NCBI GenBank assembly: GCA_021802585.1
Contig: JAJZRQ010000004.1
Span: forward strand, 190 to 64,189
Direction of reading: 5' to 3'
Length of the DNA stretch: 64,000 nucleotides
Source of the DNA: Chloroflexota bacterium
GTDB taxonomy: Bacteria; Chloroflexota; Limnocylindria; Limnocylindrales; CSP1-4
The translations under genes and the position numbers were made by a program. Below the pieces are notes generated by a model that did no database searches, was not told the DNA's origin, and saw only the letters and a list, made by a program, of their open reading frames with translations. This document shows, piece by piece, positions 7,368-16,887 of the stretch (the first letter of the stretch is position 1; the number at the start of each line of letters is the position of its first letter).

Positions 7368-9489
7368 ACTGGAGGACGGGCAGCTCCCGACCGGATCGCC
7401 CGCCCGACGCCGCGGGCCCCGCGACGGCGACCGGGGCGAGGATCTCCGCGAGGTCGAGGGTCGTGATCCCGGCCACGTTCGCCGGCTCGGAGGCGAGGCC
7501 GTCGCCGAGCATCGTCATGCAGAACGGGCAGCCGACGGCGACCGCCTCCGCGCCCGTCGCGAGCGCCTGGCGAGCCCGCTCGGCGTTGATCCGCGTCCCG
7601 CGGCTCTCCTCCATCCACATCCGCCCGCCGCCCGCGCCGCAGCAGAACGACGCGCGCCCGTGGCGGTCCATCTCGCTCAGCTCGAGGCCCGGAACCGCCC
7701 GGAGGACCTCCCGTGGCGCGGCGACCACCCCGTTGTGCCGGGCGAGGTAGCACGCGTCGTGGAACGTCACGCGCCGGGCCGCCGGGCCGTCGGCGCCGAC
7801 GAGCGTCGCGAGGCGCCCGTCCGCGAGGAGGCGGGCAAGGAACGCCGAGTGGTGGACGACCTCGAAGCTCCCGCCGAGCTGGGAGTACTCGTTGGCGATC
7901 GTGTTGAAGCAGTGCGGGCAGGCCGTGACGATCGTCGGGGGACCGTAGCGGCGGAGCGTCTCGACGTTCTGCGTGGCGAGGAGCTGGAAGACGTACTCGT
8001 TGCCCATCCGGCGGGCAGGATCGCCCGTGCAGGCCTCCTCCTGGCCGAGCACGGCGAAGCGGACGCCGGCCGCGTCGAGGCACGTCGCGAACGCCCGCGC
8101 GACCCGCCGGTTCCGCTCGTCGAACGCCGCCGCGCAGCCGACCCAGTAGAGGACCTCGAGCCGGTCGAGGCTCCCGGCAGCCGCCACCGCCGCGGCGACC
8201 GGCACCTCGAACGGGAGGCCCTTCGTCCAGTCGAGGCGGGCGTTTCGCGGCTGCCCCCACGGGTTCTGGGCCGATTCCATCGCCCGGAACGCCGCCGTCA
8301 GCTCGGCCGGGAAGCGGCTCTCCTCGAGAACGAGGTGGCGGCGGATCCCGACGATCTTGTCGATGTGCTCGATGAGGACGGGGCAGGCCTCCACGCACGC
8401 CCCGCACGTGACGCAGTCCCAGACGGCGTCCTCGCTGATCGCCCCCGGGACGAGGGGCAGCGCGAGGCGCTCCGGGTGGAGCGCGTCGTCGAGGGCGCCG
8501 CCGCGCGCCCGGACGTCTGCGGCGTTCGGGAGGAGGTGAAGCCCGCGCTCGGCCTCGACGGTCAGGTCGCGGATCCCCATGACGAGCGCCTTCGGGTCGA
8601 GCGGCTTCCCGGTCGCGTGGGCCGGGCAGGCGTCCTGGCAGCGGCCGCACTCGGTGCAGGTGAGGCCGTCGAGGGCGTCCTTCCACGAGAGGTCGGCGAG
8701 AGTCGCGAGGCCGTACGTCGCGTCCGTCGCCTCGAGGTCCATCGCGGGGAGCGCGCCCCGCGGCTCGAGCTTCCGGAGGTACACGTTGAGGAAGCTCGTC
8801 GCGACGTGGAGGTGCTTCGTCGTCGGCAGCCAGACGAGGAAGGCGGCAACGAGCGCCACGTGGGCCCACCAGTGGGCCGCGTAGAGCGCCCGGAGCAGGG
8901 CCGGGTCGACGCCCCCGAGCGCGGCGCCCGCCGCATTCGTCAGGAGCGCCCCGGGGAGCGGGCCGTAGAGCGCCGCCTCGTAGCTCACGGCTCCGAGCTC
9001 GGCCGCGATGATCGCGGCGATGAGGAGGAGGATCCCGATCCCCGAGCGGGAGAGGGTGAGGCGCGCCGGGCGCGTGACGAGCCGGCGGACGAGGGCGTAG
9101 GCGATCGCGATGAGGGCCGCGACAGCGGCCACGTTCCGCCCGAGGAGCACGGCGGTCCAGGCGATCCCGCCGGCGGGGGCGGAGGCGGCAGCTTCGACGA
9201 GCCCGCCCGTCACCGCGTTCGCGACCCCCACCGTGAGGAGGACGAAGGCCGCGAAGATCGCGTAGTGCATGACCCCGACCCGCGGGTCGCGGAACATCCG
9301 GGTCTGAACGAGGGCGTACCGGACGAGCGCAGCGGTGCGACGGGGGACGTCGGCGAAGGGCCGGGCCGGCCGGATCGCCGCGAGGACCCGCAGGTGGCGG
9401 GCCATGAGGAGGGCGAAGACCGCCAGTGCCCCGTAGAAGAGGGGGAAGACGAGCGGGTAGAACGGGACGTGCCCGAGGGACGCCGTCAC
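7366..9489 (-). CDS. membrane-bound Fe-S oxidoreductase with two 4Fe-4S motifs and CCG domains (EtfD/Rv0338c-like)
   Basis: The N-terminal half is polytopic. It is followed by [12 protein letters not shown] and [12 protein letters not shown] ferredoxin motifs and cysteine-rich CCG repeats ([25 protein letters not shown]). The GTG start overlaps the mog stop (GTGA). Confidence 0.8.
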   Translation of the reverse strand: MTASLGHVPFYPLVFPLFYGALAVFALLMARHLRVLAAIRPARPFADVPRRTAALVRYALVQTRMFRDPRVGVMHYAIFAAFVLLTVGVANAVTGGLVEAAASAPAGGIAWTAVLLGRNVAAVAALIAIAYALVRRLVTRPARLTLSRSGIGILLLIAAIIAAELGAVSYEAALYGPLPGALLTNAAGAALGGVDPALLRALYAAHWWAHVALVAAFLVWLPTTKHLHVATSFLNVYLRKLEPRGALPAMDLEATDATYGLATLADLSWKDALDGLTCTECGRCQDACPAHATGKPLDPKALVMGIRDLTVEAERGLHLLPNAADVRARGGALDDALHPERLALPLVPGAISEDAVWDCVTCGACVEACPVLIEHIDKIVGIRRHLVLEESRFPAELTAAFRAMESAQNPWGQPRNARLDWTKGLPFEVPVAAAVAAAGSLDRLEVLYWVGCAAAFDERNRRVARAFATCLDAAGVRFAVLGQEEACTGDPARRMGNEYVFQLLATQNVETLRRYGPPTIVTACPHCFNTIANEYSQLGGSFEVVHHSAFLARLLADGRLATLVGADGPAARRVTFHDACYLARHNGVVAAPREVLRAVPGLELSEMDRHGRASFCCGAGGGRMWMEESRGTRINAERARQALATGAEAVAVGCPFCMTMLGDGLASEPANVAGITTLDLAEILAPVAVAGPAASGGRSGRELPVLQ

Positions 9490-10022
9490 GACGGCCGCGC
9501 CGGGTCCGCCGCCGCGAGCCCTCCGTCGCCCGGCGGCGCCGCGTCGTGGTCGAACGGCCCGCCGAGCGTCGCGAGCGCGTGATCGAGGACGGCCTCGATG
9601 CTCGCGAGCGACTCGAGCGCCCCTCGCGGGCTGCCCGGCAGGTTCACGAGGAGCGACCGGCCGCGGACGCCGGCGACGGCGCGCGAGAGGACCGAGAACG
9701 GGGTCGTCGCCCGGCCGTCGGCCCGCATCGCCTCCGCGAGCCCCGGCACCTCGTGGTCGACGACCGCGAGCGTCGCCTGCGGCGTGACGTCGCGCGGCGC
9801 GAGGCCGGTCCCGCCGGCGGTGACGACGAGCGGATGCCGCGCCGCCCCGGCGACGAGCGCGGCCTCGATGAGTGGGCGGTCGTCCGGGACGAGGGCTCGC
9901 TCCACCGCGAACCCGAGGGCCTCGAGGCGCGCGGCGACGGCGGGCCCCGTCGCGTCGGCGCGCTCGCCTGCCGCCCCCCGGTCGGAGACGGTGAGGACGA
10001 GCGCGGTCCGGGAAGCCGCCAC
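9486..10022 (-). CDS. mog: molybdenum cofactor biosynthesis protein MogA/MoaB family
   Basis: The translation reads [20 protein letters not shown]...[19 protein letters not shown]. Confidence 0.8.
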   Translation of the reverse strand: MAASRTALVLTVSDRGAAGERADATGPAVAARLEALGFAVERALVPDDRPLIEAALVAGAARHPLVVTAGGTGLAPRDVTPQATLAVVDHEVPGLAEAMRADGRATTPFSVLSRAVAGVRGRSLLVNLPGSPRGALESLASIEAVLDHALATLGGPFDHDAAPPGDGGLAAADPARPS

Positions 10023-10026
10023 GCGC

Positions 10027-10635
10027 TCAGCCCCCGGGGGCGCGGGGCGTCCGCCGGATCCCGCTTCGGGCCGGCCCGCGGGCGCCCTTCGGCAGTGGCG
10101 GGCGCGGGGCGACGATCTCGGCGGGCCCGGAGGCCCGGTGCCACTCCCCGGACGCCCCGCCGCTCTTCGCGACGAGGCGGATCGCCCGGATCTCGACGCC
10201 CTTCTCCACCCCCTTCACCATGTCGTAGATCGTGAGCGCGGCGATGCTCGCCGCGGTGAGCGCCTCCATCTCGACGCCCGTCGGCCCGGTCGTCGCCGCC
10301 TCGGCGTGGATCCGCAACGCCGAGGTCGACCGGTCCGGGGTGATCCGGACGGCGACGTCGGTGAGGGGCAGCGGGTGGCAGAGCGGGATGAGCTCGGCCG
10401 TCCGCTTCGCTGCCATGACCCCTGCGAGCTCCGCGACCGTGAGGACGTCGCCCTTCGGGCCGCCGCCGTCGATGACGAGCGAGAGCGTCTCCTGCGAGCA
10501 GCCGACCTCCGCCTCGGCGACCGCGCGGCGGGCGGTCGCGGGCTTGCCGGAGACGTCGACCATCCGCGGTCTGCCGCCGCGGTCCACGTGGGTGAGCCGG
10601 CGGCGCGCCGAGCGGGGCTGCGAGCGGTCGTCCAT
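10027..10635 (-). CDS. moaC: cyclic pyranopterin monophosphate synthase MoaC (with ~35-aa basic C-terminal extension)
   Basis: The translation reads [18 protein letters not shown]...[20 protein letters not shown]...ALTIYDM. Confidence 0.85.
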   Translation of the reverse strand: MDDRSQPRSARRRLTHVDRGGRPRMVDVSGKPATARRAVAEAEVGCSQETLSLVIDGGGPKGDVLTVAELAGVMAAKRTAELIPLCHPLPLTDVAVRITPDRSTSALRIHAEAATTGPTGVEMEALTAASIAALTIYDMVKGVEKGVEIRAIRLVAKSGGASGEWHRASGPAEIVAPRPPLPKGARGPARSGIRRTPRAPGG

Positions 10636-10669
10636 GACTCCTCCGGGTCGTCGCGGCCGGCGGGCTCCG

Positions 10670-12007
10670 TCAGGGGTGGTCGAGCCACCAGAGCTCGACG
10701 GGCGCCCCGGCCGGGAGCGCGTCCACCGATTCTGGCACGATGGCGAGGGCGTCGGCGGCGGCGAGCGACGAGAGGACGTGGCTCCCCTGCCCGCCGGCGA
10801 GGTCCACCCGCACGCGGCCCTCGGCGTCGCGGAGCGGCGGCCCGGCCGGGCCGTCTCGCCGCGCGGAGACGCGGAGGTATGCCCGCCGGCCGGGTGCCTT
10901 CGTCACGGGCTCCTCGAGGACGGCGCGGTCGGCGGGCCGGAGGAGATCGTCGGCGGGCCGCCCGGCGAGGAGCCGGATCGCGGGGCGGACGAAGAGCTCG
11001 AACGTGACGAACGTCGACACGGGGTTCCCCGGGAGGCCGAGGAGGAGGACGGGCCCCGATGCGTCGCTCCCCGCCGGCCGGGGTGCGACGCCGAAGGCGA
11101 ACGGCTTGCCCGGCTGGACGGCGACCCGCCAGAGGTCCACCGTCCCCACCGCCTCGAACGCCGGCTTCACGACGTCGTACGGCCCGACGGAGACCCCGCC
11201 GCTCACGACGACGAGGTCGGCCGACGCGGCCGCCGCGCGGAGGAGTTGCGTCATCGTCGCGAGGTCGTCCGGCGCGATCCCGAGGTGGCGCGCGTCCGCC
11301 CCGGCGGCCGCCGCGAGCGCGACGAGCGAGGGTCCGTTCGAGTCCGGGATCCCGGCCGGCCCGAGGTCCGCCCCCGGTGCCCGGAGCTCGTCGCCCGTCG
11401 AGATCACCGCGACCCGCGGCCTCCGGTGGACCGCCACGACCGGGACGCCTGCCCCGGCGACGAGGGCCACCTCGGCGGGCCCGACCGCGCGCCCCGCCCG
11501 CAGGACGACGGCGCCCGCGCGCAGGTCCTCGCCGAGCCGGCGGACGTTCGCGCCGGGCCCGATCGCCGCGTGGACGAGCACCGCCGCGGGGGGCGGGCCC
11601 GCCGCGTCGCGCCCACGCGCGCCGGCCGCCCCGGCGGCGTCGAGCGGCGTCGTCATCTCGACCTGGACGACCGCGTCGGCGCCCGACGGGAGCGGGGCGC
11701 CGGTGGCGATCCGCACGGCGCCGCCAGCGTCGACGGCAACGTCCGGCGCACGGCCCGCGGCGGCCTCGCCGCGCACGGCGAGCCGGACCGGGAGCTCCGC
11801 CGTCGCCGCGGCGACGTCGGCCGAGCGGACGGCGTACCCATCCATCGCGCTGTTGTCCCACGGCGGGAGGTCCGTCGCCGCGACGACGTCCGCCGCGAGG
11901 ACCCGGCCGCGGGCCGCGACGACGGGGACCGTCTCGGCGGGAAGCGGCGCCGGCACGGCGGCGAGGACGCGCCCCCGGGCCACCTCGACGGAGAGGAGGT
12001 CGGACAC
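10670..12007 (-). CDS. moeA: molybdopterin molybdenumtransferase MoeA
   Basis: The translation reads [17 protein letters not shown]...[11 protein letters not shown]...[13 protein letters not shown]...LPGNPVS. Confidence 0.85.
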   Translation of the reverse strand: MSDLLSVEVARGRVLAAVPAPLPAETVPVVAARGRVLAADVVAATDLPPWDNSAMDGYAVRSADVAAATAELPVRLAVRGEAAAGRAPDVAVDAGGAVRIATGAPLPSGADAVVQVEMTTPLDAAGAAGARGRDAAGPPPAAVLVHAAIGPGANVRRLGEDLRAGAVVLRAGRAVGPAEVALVAGAGVPVVAVHRRPRVAVISTGDELRAPGADLGPAGIPDSNGPSLVALAAAAGADARHLGIAPDDLATMTQLLRAAAASADLVVVSGGVSVGPYDVVKPAFEAVGTVDLWRVAVQPGKPFAFGVAPRPAGSDASGPVLLLGLPGNPVSTFVTFELFVRPAIRLLAGRPADDLLRPADRAVLEEPVTKAPGRRAYLRVSARRDGPAGPPLRDAEGRVRVDLAGGQGSHVLSSLAAADALAIVPESVDALPAGAPVELWWLDHP

Positions 12008-12010
12008 GAG

Positions 12011-12670
12011 TCAGCCCCTCCCCCGTCCCGCCGCCGGGTCGTCGGGCGCGGCGTCGCGTCGCGCGGCCGCCGCGAGCCAGCGCTCGTGGAGCGTCCGGCC
12101 CACCGCCATCCGCGTGAGGACACCCGCCAGCCGGCCCTCCGCGACGACGGGGAACCCGGGGGCGCGGGACGCGCCGAGCCGCTCGGCGGCCGGCCGGAGG
12201 GCCTCGCCGGGGGCGAGCACCGGCAGCCGGCTCGCCGGAACCATCGCCTCGCCCGCGCGCACGACCGGCCACCGCCGGCGGGGCACGCGCGCCAGCTCGC
12301 GCTGCCCGAGAAGGCCGAGGAGCCGGTCGTCGCCCATGACCCGCACGACGGTCGGGCCGCGGGTGCCGTCGACGGCGCCGCCGACCGCGTCGGCGAACGT
12401 GTCGAGCGTCGCGTGGGGGGCGACCGCGACCGCTGTCGTCTCCATCACCTCGCCGACCGTGAGGTCCACGATGAGCGCCTCGAGCGCCTCGCGCCGCGCG
12501 GCGGCCCGGACCGCCGCCCGCGCGAACCAGCCGGCGAGGAGGAGGGCGAGCCCGCCGACCGGGTCGCCGAGGGCGACGACGACGATCCCCGCCGCCCAGA
12601 GCCCCGCGGGCGCGCCGGCCCGGAGGAGCCGCCACCCGTCCGCGCCCTCCCGGGTGCGCCGCGCGCCCAT
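12011..12670 (-). CDS. membrane-anchored CBS-domain pair protein
   Basis: ATG 12670 shares 1 nt with the upstream stop. A hydrophobic N-terminus is followed by two CBS-like units (LTVGEVMETTAVAVAPHATL..., AGEAMVPASRLPVLAPGEAL...FPVVAEGRLAGVLT). Confidence 0.6.
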   Translation of the reverse strand: MGARRTREGADGWRLLRAGAPAGLWAAGIVVVALGDPVGGLALLLAGWFARAAVRAAARREALEALIVDLTVGEVMETTAVAVAPHATLDTFADAVGGAVDGTRGPTVVRVMGDDRLLGLLGQRELARVPRRRWPVVRAGEAMVPASRLPVLAPGEALRPAAERLGASRAPGFPVVAEGRLAGVLTRMAVGRTLHERWLAAAARRDAAPDDPAAGRGRG

Positions 12671-13392
12671 CAGGTCGCCTCGCCGCCGGGACCGAACTCG
12701 AGCACCGGCGCCGGGGGCGCCCCGCGCGGCCGCCCGAGCCGCCGCGCGACCGCCCACACCGCGAGCGTCAGGGCGAGCCCCACGGCGGCGATCGCGACGC
12801 TCGTCTCGGTCCAGAACTGGTACGGGAAGAGCTGGACGAGGCGGTCGGTCGCGGGGTCGAACGTCCACGTCCCGGCCGCGAAGAAGAGCTCGTGGAAGAG
12901 GGTGAAGGCCGCATCGAAGAAGAGGAGGAAGGCGCCCCCGACGACGACGGCTCCGACCGCGAGGCCCGCCGCGCCGGCCGCGACCGCCCGCCAGTACGCG
13001 CGCGAGAGCCGCGAGGCCCAGGCGGTGACGACGAGGACGGCGGCGCCGAGGAGGACGACGGTGAAGAAGTCGAGGACGACCCGCCGGACGTCCGCCATGT
13101 GGGCGCGCTCGCGCGCCGTGAAGACCGGCTCGCCGCCCACCTCCTGGGCGAAGGTGCCCGGCCCCACCCAGACCTCGAGCACGACCTCGCGCGTGACCGC
13201 GTCGACCTCTGCGGGGGGCCAGCCCGTGGACGCCGCGGCGTTCGCGCGGCCCTGCGCGAAGGAGACCCAGACGGGGTTGAAGAAGAGGGCGATCGTCGCG
13301 CCGACGATGACGAGGGCGGTGGAGACCGCGACGACGCCGGTCGCGATCCGGCGGGCGACCGTGGAGCGGCCGGGATCACCCGACGGGCTCAC
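12670..13392 (-). CDS. TIGR01906/DUF1461 family integral membrane protein (Lit-like)
   Basis: Four TM segments surround ...TARERAHMADVRRV...FTLFHELFF..GTWTFDP.TD.LVQLFP..FW, the pattern of the DUF1461 family. The GTG start overlaps the upstream stop (GTGA). Confidence 0.6.
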   Translation of the reverse strand: MSPSGDPGRSTVARRIATGVVAVSTALVIVGATIALFFNPVWVSFAQGRANAAASTGWPPAEVDAVTREVVLEVWVGPGTFAQEVGGEPVFTARERAHMADVRRVVLDFFTVVLLGAAVLVVTAWASRLSRAYWRAVAAGAAGLAVGAVVVGGAFLLFFDAAFTLFHELFFAAGTWTFDPATDRLVQLFPYQFWTETSVAIAAVGLALTLAVWAVARRLGRPRGAPPAPVLEFGPGGEAT

Positions 13393-13778
13393 GCGTCCGC
13401 GAGCGTCCGGGCCTGCTCCCACCACGTCTCGCTCACGAGGTCGGCCGGCGGCTCGACGCCGAGCTGGCCCGCGGCGCGGACGAGCCGGGCGCGGAAGGTC
13501 CCGAGATCCACGGCGAGGATCGCGGCGAGCCCATCGAGCCCGGCATACCCGAAGAGGTCGTGCTCGGCGGCGCCGAAGCTCGCCAGGTTGAGGAGGAGCG
13601 CCTCGTCCCGCCAGGCGAGGACGTCATTCGTCGTCGCGGCCACCTGGTCGGCAAGGGTCTGGCGGCGGGTCCGCGTCTCGGACACCTCGAGGAGGAGCCC
13701 CGTCGTGAGGACGCCCTGGCGCTCGAGTCGCTGCAGGTGGATCGGCTCGATCCGGGTGAGCTCGGTGATCGGGGGCAC
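13389..13778 (-). CDS. DUF4332-like helix-hairpin-helix protein
   Basis: The translation is VPPITELTRIEPIHLQRLERQGVLTTGLLLEVS...DVLAWRDEALLLNLASFG. GGAGGAGG lies 8 nt upstream of GTG 13778. Confidence 0.55.
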   Translation of the reverse strand: MPPITELTRIEPIHLQRLERQGVLTTGLLLEVSETRTRRQTLADQVAATTNDVLAWRDEALLLNLASFGAAEHDLFGYAGLDGLAAILAVDLGTFRARLVRAAGQLGVEPPADLVSETWWEQARTLADA

Positions 13779-13816
13779 GGTCGCGGCTCCTCCTCCGGGG
13801 ACGGCTGGCGGCCGCC

Positions 13817-13822
13817 ATTGTA
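13817..13822 (-). promoter_or_regulatory. candidate -10 box TACAAT for the DUF4332..Fe-S oxidoreductase operon
   Basis: The minus strand reads gaccgTACAATggcggcc. The hexamer lies about 40 nt upstream of GTG 13778, and a strong SD sits in between. Confidence 0.35.
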
Positions 13823-13899
13823 CGGTCCCCGCCGAGTCCCGCCATCGTCGGCTCCCCGGGCGTGGCGGCCGGGGCACGAACCGCGCGTCACGGCCTCTC

Positions 13900-14295
13900 C
13901 TACCGCAGCGCGTCGATCGACGCGGTCGCGACGATCCCCTCCACGCTGCGCGCCAGGTCGGCGTCCAGGGTCACGAGCGCGTCCGCCTGCAGCTGGGTGA
14001 GGGCGACGTACTCGGCGTCGTAGGTCGAGGCCCATCCCAGCCGGTCCGCCAGGTCCCACGCCCGCCGCCGGAGCACGCCGTCGCCAAGGAGCCTGATCCG
14101 CATCCGCCCGATGCGGGCGAGGCGCTCGCGCGCGACCTCCGGCGGGATCTCCCCGCGCTGGACGGCCTCGTGGAGGGCAGCCAGCGTCTGGGAGCGGAGG
14201 AGCGTCGGCGCGAGGAGCTCGTGCTCCGCTGCGACGACGATCCCGGTGCTCGCCAGGTGAAGGACGGTGCCGGCGTCGACGACGAACCTGGTCAT
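13900..14295 (-). CDS. vapC: PIN-domain ribonuclease toxin (VapC-like)
   Basis: The translation is MTRFVVDAGTVLHL...LLAPTLLRSQTLAAL...TYDAEYVALTQLQADALVTLDADL. The acidic D-E-D-D pattern is that of PIN domains. GAGG lies 6 nt upstream of the ATG. Confidence 0.7.
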   Translation of the reverse strand: MTRFVVDAGTVLHLASTGIVVAAEHELLAPTLLRSQTLAALHEAVQRGEIPPEVARERLARIGRMRIRLLGDGVLRRRAWDLADRLGWASTYDAEYVALTQLQADALVTLDADLARSVEGIVATASIDALR

Positions 14296-14411
14296 CGGGT
14301 ACCTCGAATTCGGACGGGTGAGCCCCACGTCGCGCCCGGGACGGGTGCCGACCGCTGGCCGCCGGGCGGCCGGGGAGGGGCCGGCGGGCGGGCCGCGGCC
14401 TCGAACGTCAT
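14292..14411 (-). CDS. doubtful 39-codon ORF overlapping the vapC start (ATGA); only candidate for an antitoxin position
   Basis: The product MTFEAAARPPAPPRPPGGQRSAPVPGATWGSPVRIRGTR has no SD or -10 upstream and a Pro-rich composition unlike known VapB families. Confidence 0.15.
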   Translation of the reverse strand: MTFEAAARPPAPPRPPGGQRSAPVPGATWGSPVRIRGTR

Positions 14412-14516
14412 CGTGCCGCGGGGAGCGAGCGTGACCGGATCGTGGATGGAGCGGGATCCGGCACGACGAACGGTGTCGCGCCGGCGTGGGTCGACGGCGC
14501 CGCCCGCATCGGTCGG

Positions 14517-16034
14517 CTACGCCTTCTGGTCCCCGAAGATCGTGTAGTGCCAGGGCTTCTCCGGCTCGCCGGTGAGCTCGATCATCACGTGCTTGACGCG
14601 GGTGTACTCCTCGAACGAGTACATCGACATGTCCTTGCCGAAGCCCGACTGCCCGAACCCACCGTGCGGCATCTCGCTCGTCACCATGAGATGGTCGTTG
14701 ACGAGGACGTGCCCGAAGTTCAGGGCCTGCGTCGCCCGCATCGCGACCCGCACGTCGTTCGTCCAGACGGAGCTCGCGAGGCCGTAGACGGTGTCGTTCG
14801 CCTTCGCGAGCGCCTCCTCCTCCGTGTCGAACGGGAGGACGACGAGGACCGGCCCGAAGACCTCCTGCTGGACGATCTCGCTGTCCTGCGCCGCGTCGAC
14901 GATGACGGTCGGCAGGTAGAAGGCGCCGTCCGGGAGGCCGGGTACGGCGGGGCGGGCGCCGCCGGCGAGGACCCGCGCGCCGGCCGCGACGGCGCGCCGC
15001 ACGAAGCCGTCCACGCGGGCGACCTGCGCCGCGCTGATGAGCGTCCCGAGGTCCGTGTCGGCCGCCGTCGGGTCGCCGACGCGGACGGAGCGGAACAGCT
15101 CGACGAGGCGCGCGGTGAACGGCGCTGCGACGGAGCGGTGGACGTAGACGCGGGTCGCGGCCGTGCAGTCCTGGCCGCCGTTGATGAGCGCCCCGGCGGT
15201 CGCCCCGCGGGCGGCGGCCTCCAGATCGGCGTCGGCGTGGACGATGAACGGCGCCTTTCCGCCGAGCTCGAGGTGGACGCGCTTGAGGTTGCCCGAGGCG
15301 AGGGCCATGATCCTCCGGCCCGTCTCGGAGTCCCCGGTGAGCGAGACGAGGTCGACGCCGGGGTGGCCGGCGAGCGCCGCGCCGACGATGTCGCCCCGGC
15401 CCGTGACGACGTTGAGGACGCCGGCCGGCAGCCCGGCCTCGGCGGCCAGCTCGGCGAGGCGGATCGTCGTGAGCGGGGTCGCGGACGCGGGCTTGAGGAC
15501 GACGGAGTTCCCCGCTGCGAGCGCGGGCCCGATCTTCCAGATCGCCATCCAGAGCGGGTAGTTCCAGGGGCTCACCTGGCCGACGACGCCGAGCGGCTCG
15601 CGGCGGACGAAGCTCGTGTGGCTGCCGGAGTACTCCCAGGCCGCCTTTCCCTCGAGGTGGCGGACGGCGCCGGCGAAGAACCGCAGGTTGTCGACCGTGA
15701 AGGGGAGGTCGGAGTCGCGGCGGAGCTTGTACGCCGCGCCGGTCTGGGCCGTCTCGAGCGCCGCAAGCTCGTCGGCGTCGGCCTCGATGAGGTCCGCGAG
15801 CCGGGCCACGATCGCGGCCCGCTCCGGCAGGTAGCGACGGCTCCAGCGGCCGTCCTCGAAGGCGATCCGGGCGGCCCGCACGGCCCGGTCGACATCCGCC
15901 TCCGTGCCGGCGGGCACCCGCCCCACGAGGGCCCGCGTGGCCGGGCTGCGGACCTCGATCCAGGCGCCCGATGCGGCCTCCGCGGGGCCGCCGTCGATGA
16001 ACATCGGGAAGTCGCGGGCGGACTCGGCGACCAT
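14517..16034 (-). CDS. NAD(P)-dependent aldehyde dehydrogenase
   Basis: The translation reads FPMFIDGG..., VSPWNYPL, the ELGGKAP glutamate motif and the GQDCTAATR catalytic Cys. AGGAGGG lies 9 nt upstream of ATG 16034. Confidence 0.85.
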   Translation of the reverse strand: MVAESARDFPMFIDGGPAEAASGAWIEVRSPATRALVGRVPAGTEADVDRAVRAARIAFEDGRWSRRYLPERAAIVARLADLIEADADELAALETAQTGAAYKLRRDSDLPFTVDNLRFFAGAVRHLEGKAAWEYSGSHTSFVRREPLGVVGQVSPWNYPLWMAIWKIGPALAAGNSVVLKPASATPLTTIRLAELAAEAGLPAGVLNVVTGRGDIVGAALAGHPGVDLVSLTGDSETGRRIMALASGNLKRVHLELGGKAPFIVHADADLEAAARGATAGALINGGQDCTAATRVYVHRSVAAPFTARLVELFRSVRVGDPTAADTDLGTLISAAQVARVDGFVRRAVAAGARVLAGGARPAVPGLPDGAFYLPTVIVDAAQDSEIVQQEVFGPVLVVLPFDTEEEALAKANDTVYGLASSVWTNDVRVAMRATQALNFGHVLVNDHLMVTSEMPHGGFGQSGFGKDMSMYSFEEYTRVKHVMIELTGEPEKPWHYTIFGDQKA

Positions 16035-16141
16035 CGGTGGGACCCTCCTGGGCGCAGATCCGCCGGGCGGCGGACGGTTCGCCTCGAGGCCCAGCCTACC
16101 GCGCCCACCATGACCCCGTCCACGGCGTCGCGACCCGCGCA

Positions 16142-16178
16142 AAGGCGGCGTCCGTCACGATCGGGCGGACGCCGCCTT
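16142..16178 (-). terminator. 13-bp perfect hairpin straddling the stop codon of the 16155..16790 gene
   Basis: AAGGCGGCGTCCG (16142-16154) and CGGACGCCGCCTT (16166-16178) are exact reverse complements separated by an 11-nt loop that contains the TGA. On the transcript the stem ends in UU followed by U. Confidence 0.5.
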
Positions 16179-16790
16179 GAGCTGGCGGACGAGTCCGTCA
16201 AAGGACAGATCCCGAACGCGGAGAAGCCATTCATCATCGGCGCCGATCGGGGGCTCCGCCGCGCCGAAGTCGCGGACGTACCCCCGGTTCGGGCTGACGA
16301 TTCCATCCACGGGCGTGTTGGAGTCCTGCTTTCGATACAGGAAGAGGATCGATCGTTCCGCCGGCTGGGCCGCCTTGAACTCCGCAAACTCAACCGGCAC
16401 AGGGACGAACAGCTCGAGGTCGAGCGTACCAGGCGTCGACGAGACGTAGTTGCCGCGGATCACCTGTTCGACCTTGATCGAAGACACGGCGTAGAACGCG
16501 ATGCCGTCCGAGCCCCACTCGGGGACCACGACCCACGACCGTGACTCCTTGAGCTCACCCATCCGCCCGAGGACGACCGCCTCCGACGACCGCAGCATGT
16601 CCTCCATCGACTCATAGCCGGGGGAGACGCTGTTGACGAAGAGATGCGTCCAGAAAGCATCGGACGCCTCCGGGTCGGTTCTCGGCGGGCCGGCGAGGCT
16701 GGCGCCGACGACGACCGCGAACCCGACGAGAAGACCGAACGCGATCAGGGGTAGCCGGCGGCGCGTGGGGATACTCGCATGCTGGCTCAT
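16155..16790 (-). CDS. hypothetical secreted/membrane-anchored protein (A/T-richer island)
   Basis: MSQHASIPTRRRLPLIAFGLLVGFAVVVGASLAG is a signal/anchor sequence followed by a 180-aa domain I cannot assign. Its codon usage is visibly less GC-biased than the flanks. Confidence 0.55.
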   Translation of the reverse strand: MSQHASIPTRRRLPLIAFGLLVGFAVVVGASLAGPPRTDPEASDAFWTHLFVNSVSPGYESMEDMLRSSEAVVLGRMGELKESRSWVVVPEWGSDGIAFYAVSSIKVEQVIRGNYVSSTPGTLDLELFVPVPVEFAEFKAAQPAERSILFLYRKQDSNTPVDGIVSPNRGYVRDFGAAEPPIGADDEWLLRVRDLSFDGLVRQLKAASARS

Positions 16791-16887
16791 CTCGGATGCT
16801 GCCTGTGGCCAAGCCTGCCACTGGTTCCGGCCCAGGCAAGCCGCTCCTTCGGACGATGCGCGCCTGACGTTCGCCGGTCGCCTGTGC

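Noticed and set aside
16823-16828. A GGAACC hexamer on the minus strand, upstream of the secreted-protein gene, could be an ECF-type -35 element.
   Set aside because: No CGT/GTT-type -10 element sits at the expected 16-17 nt spacing. A single pentamer match is not evidence. I mention it only as something to test with TSS data.
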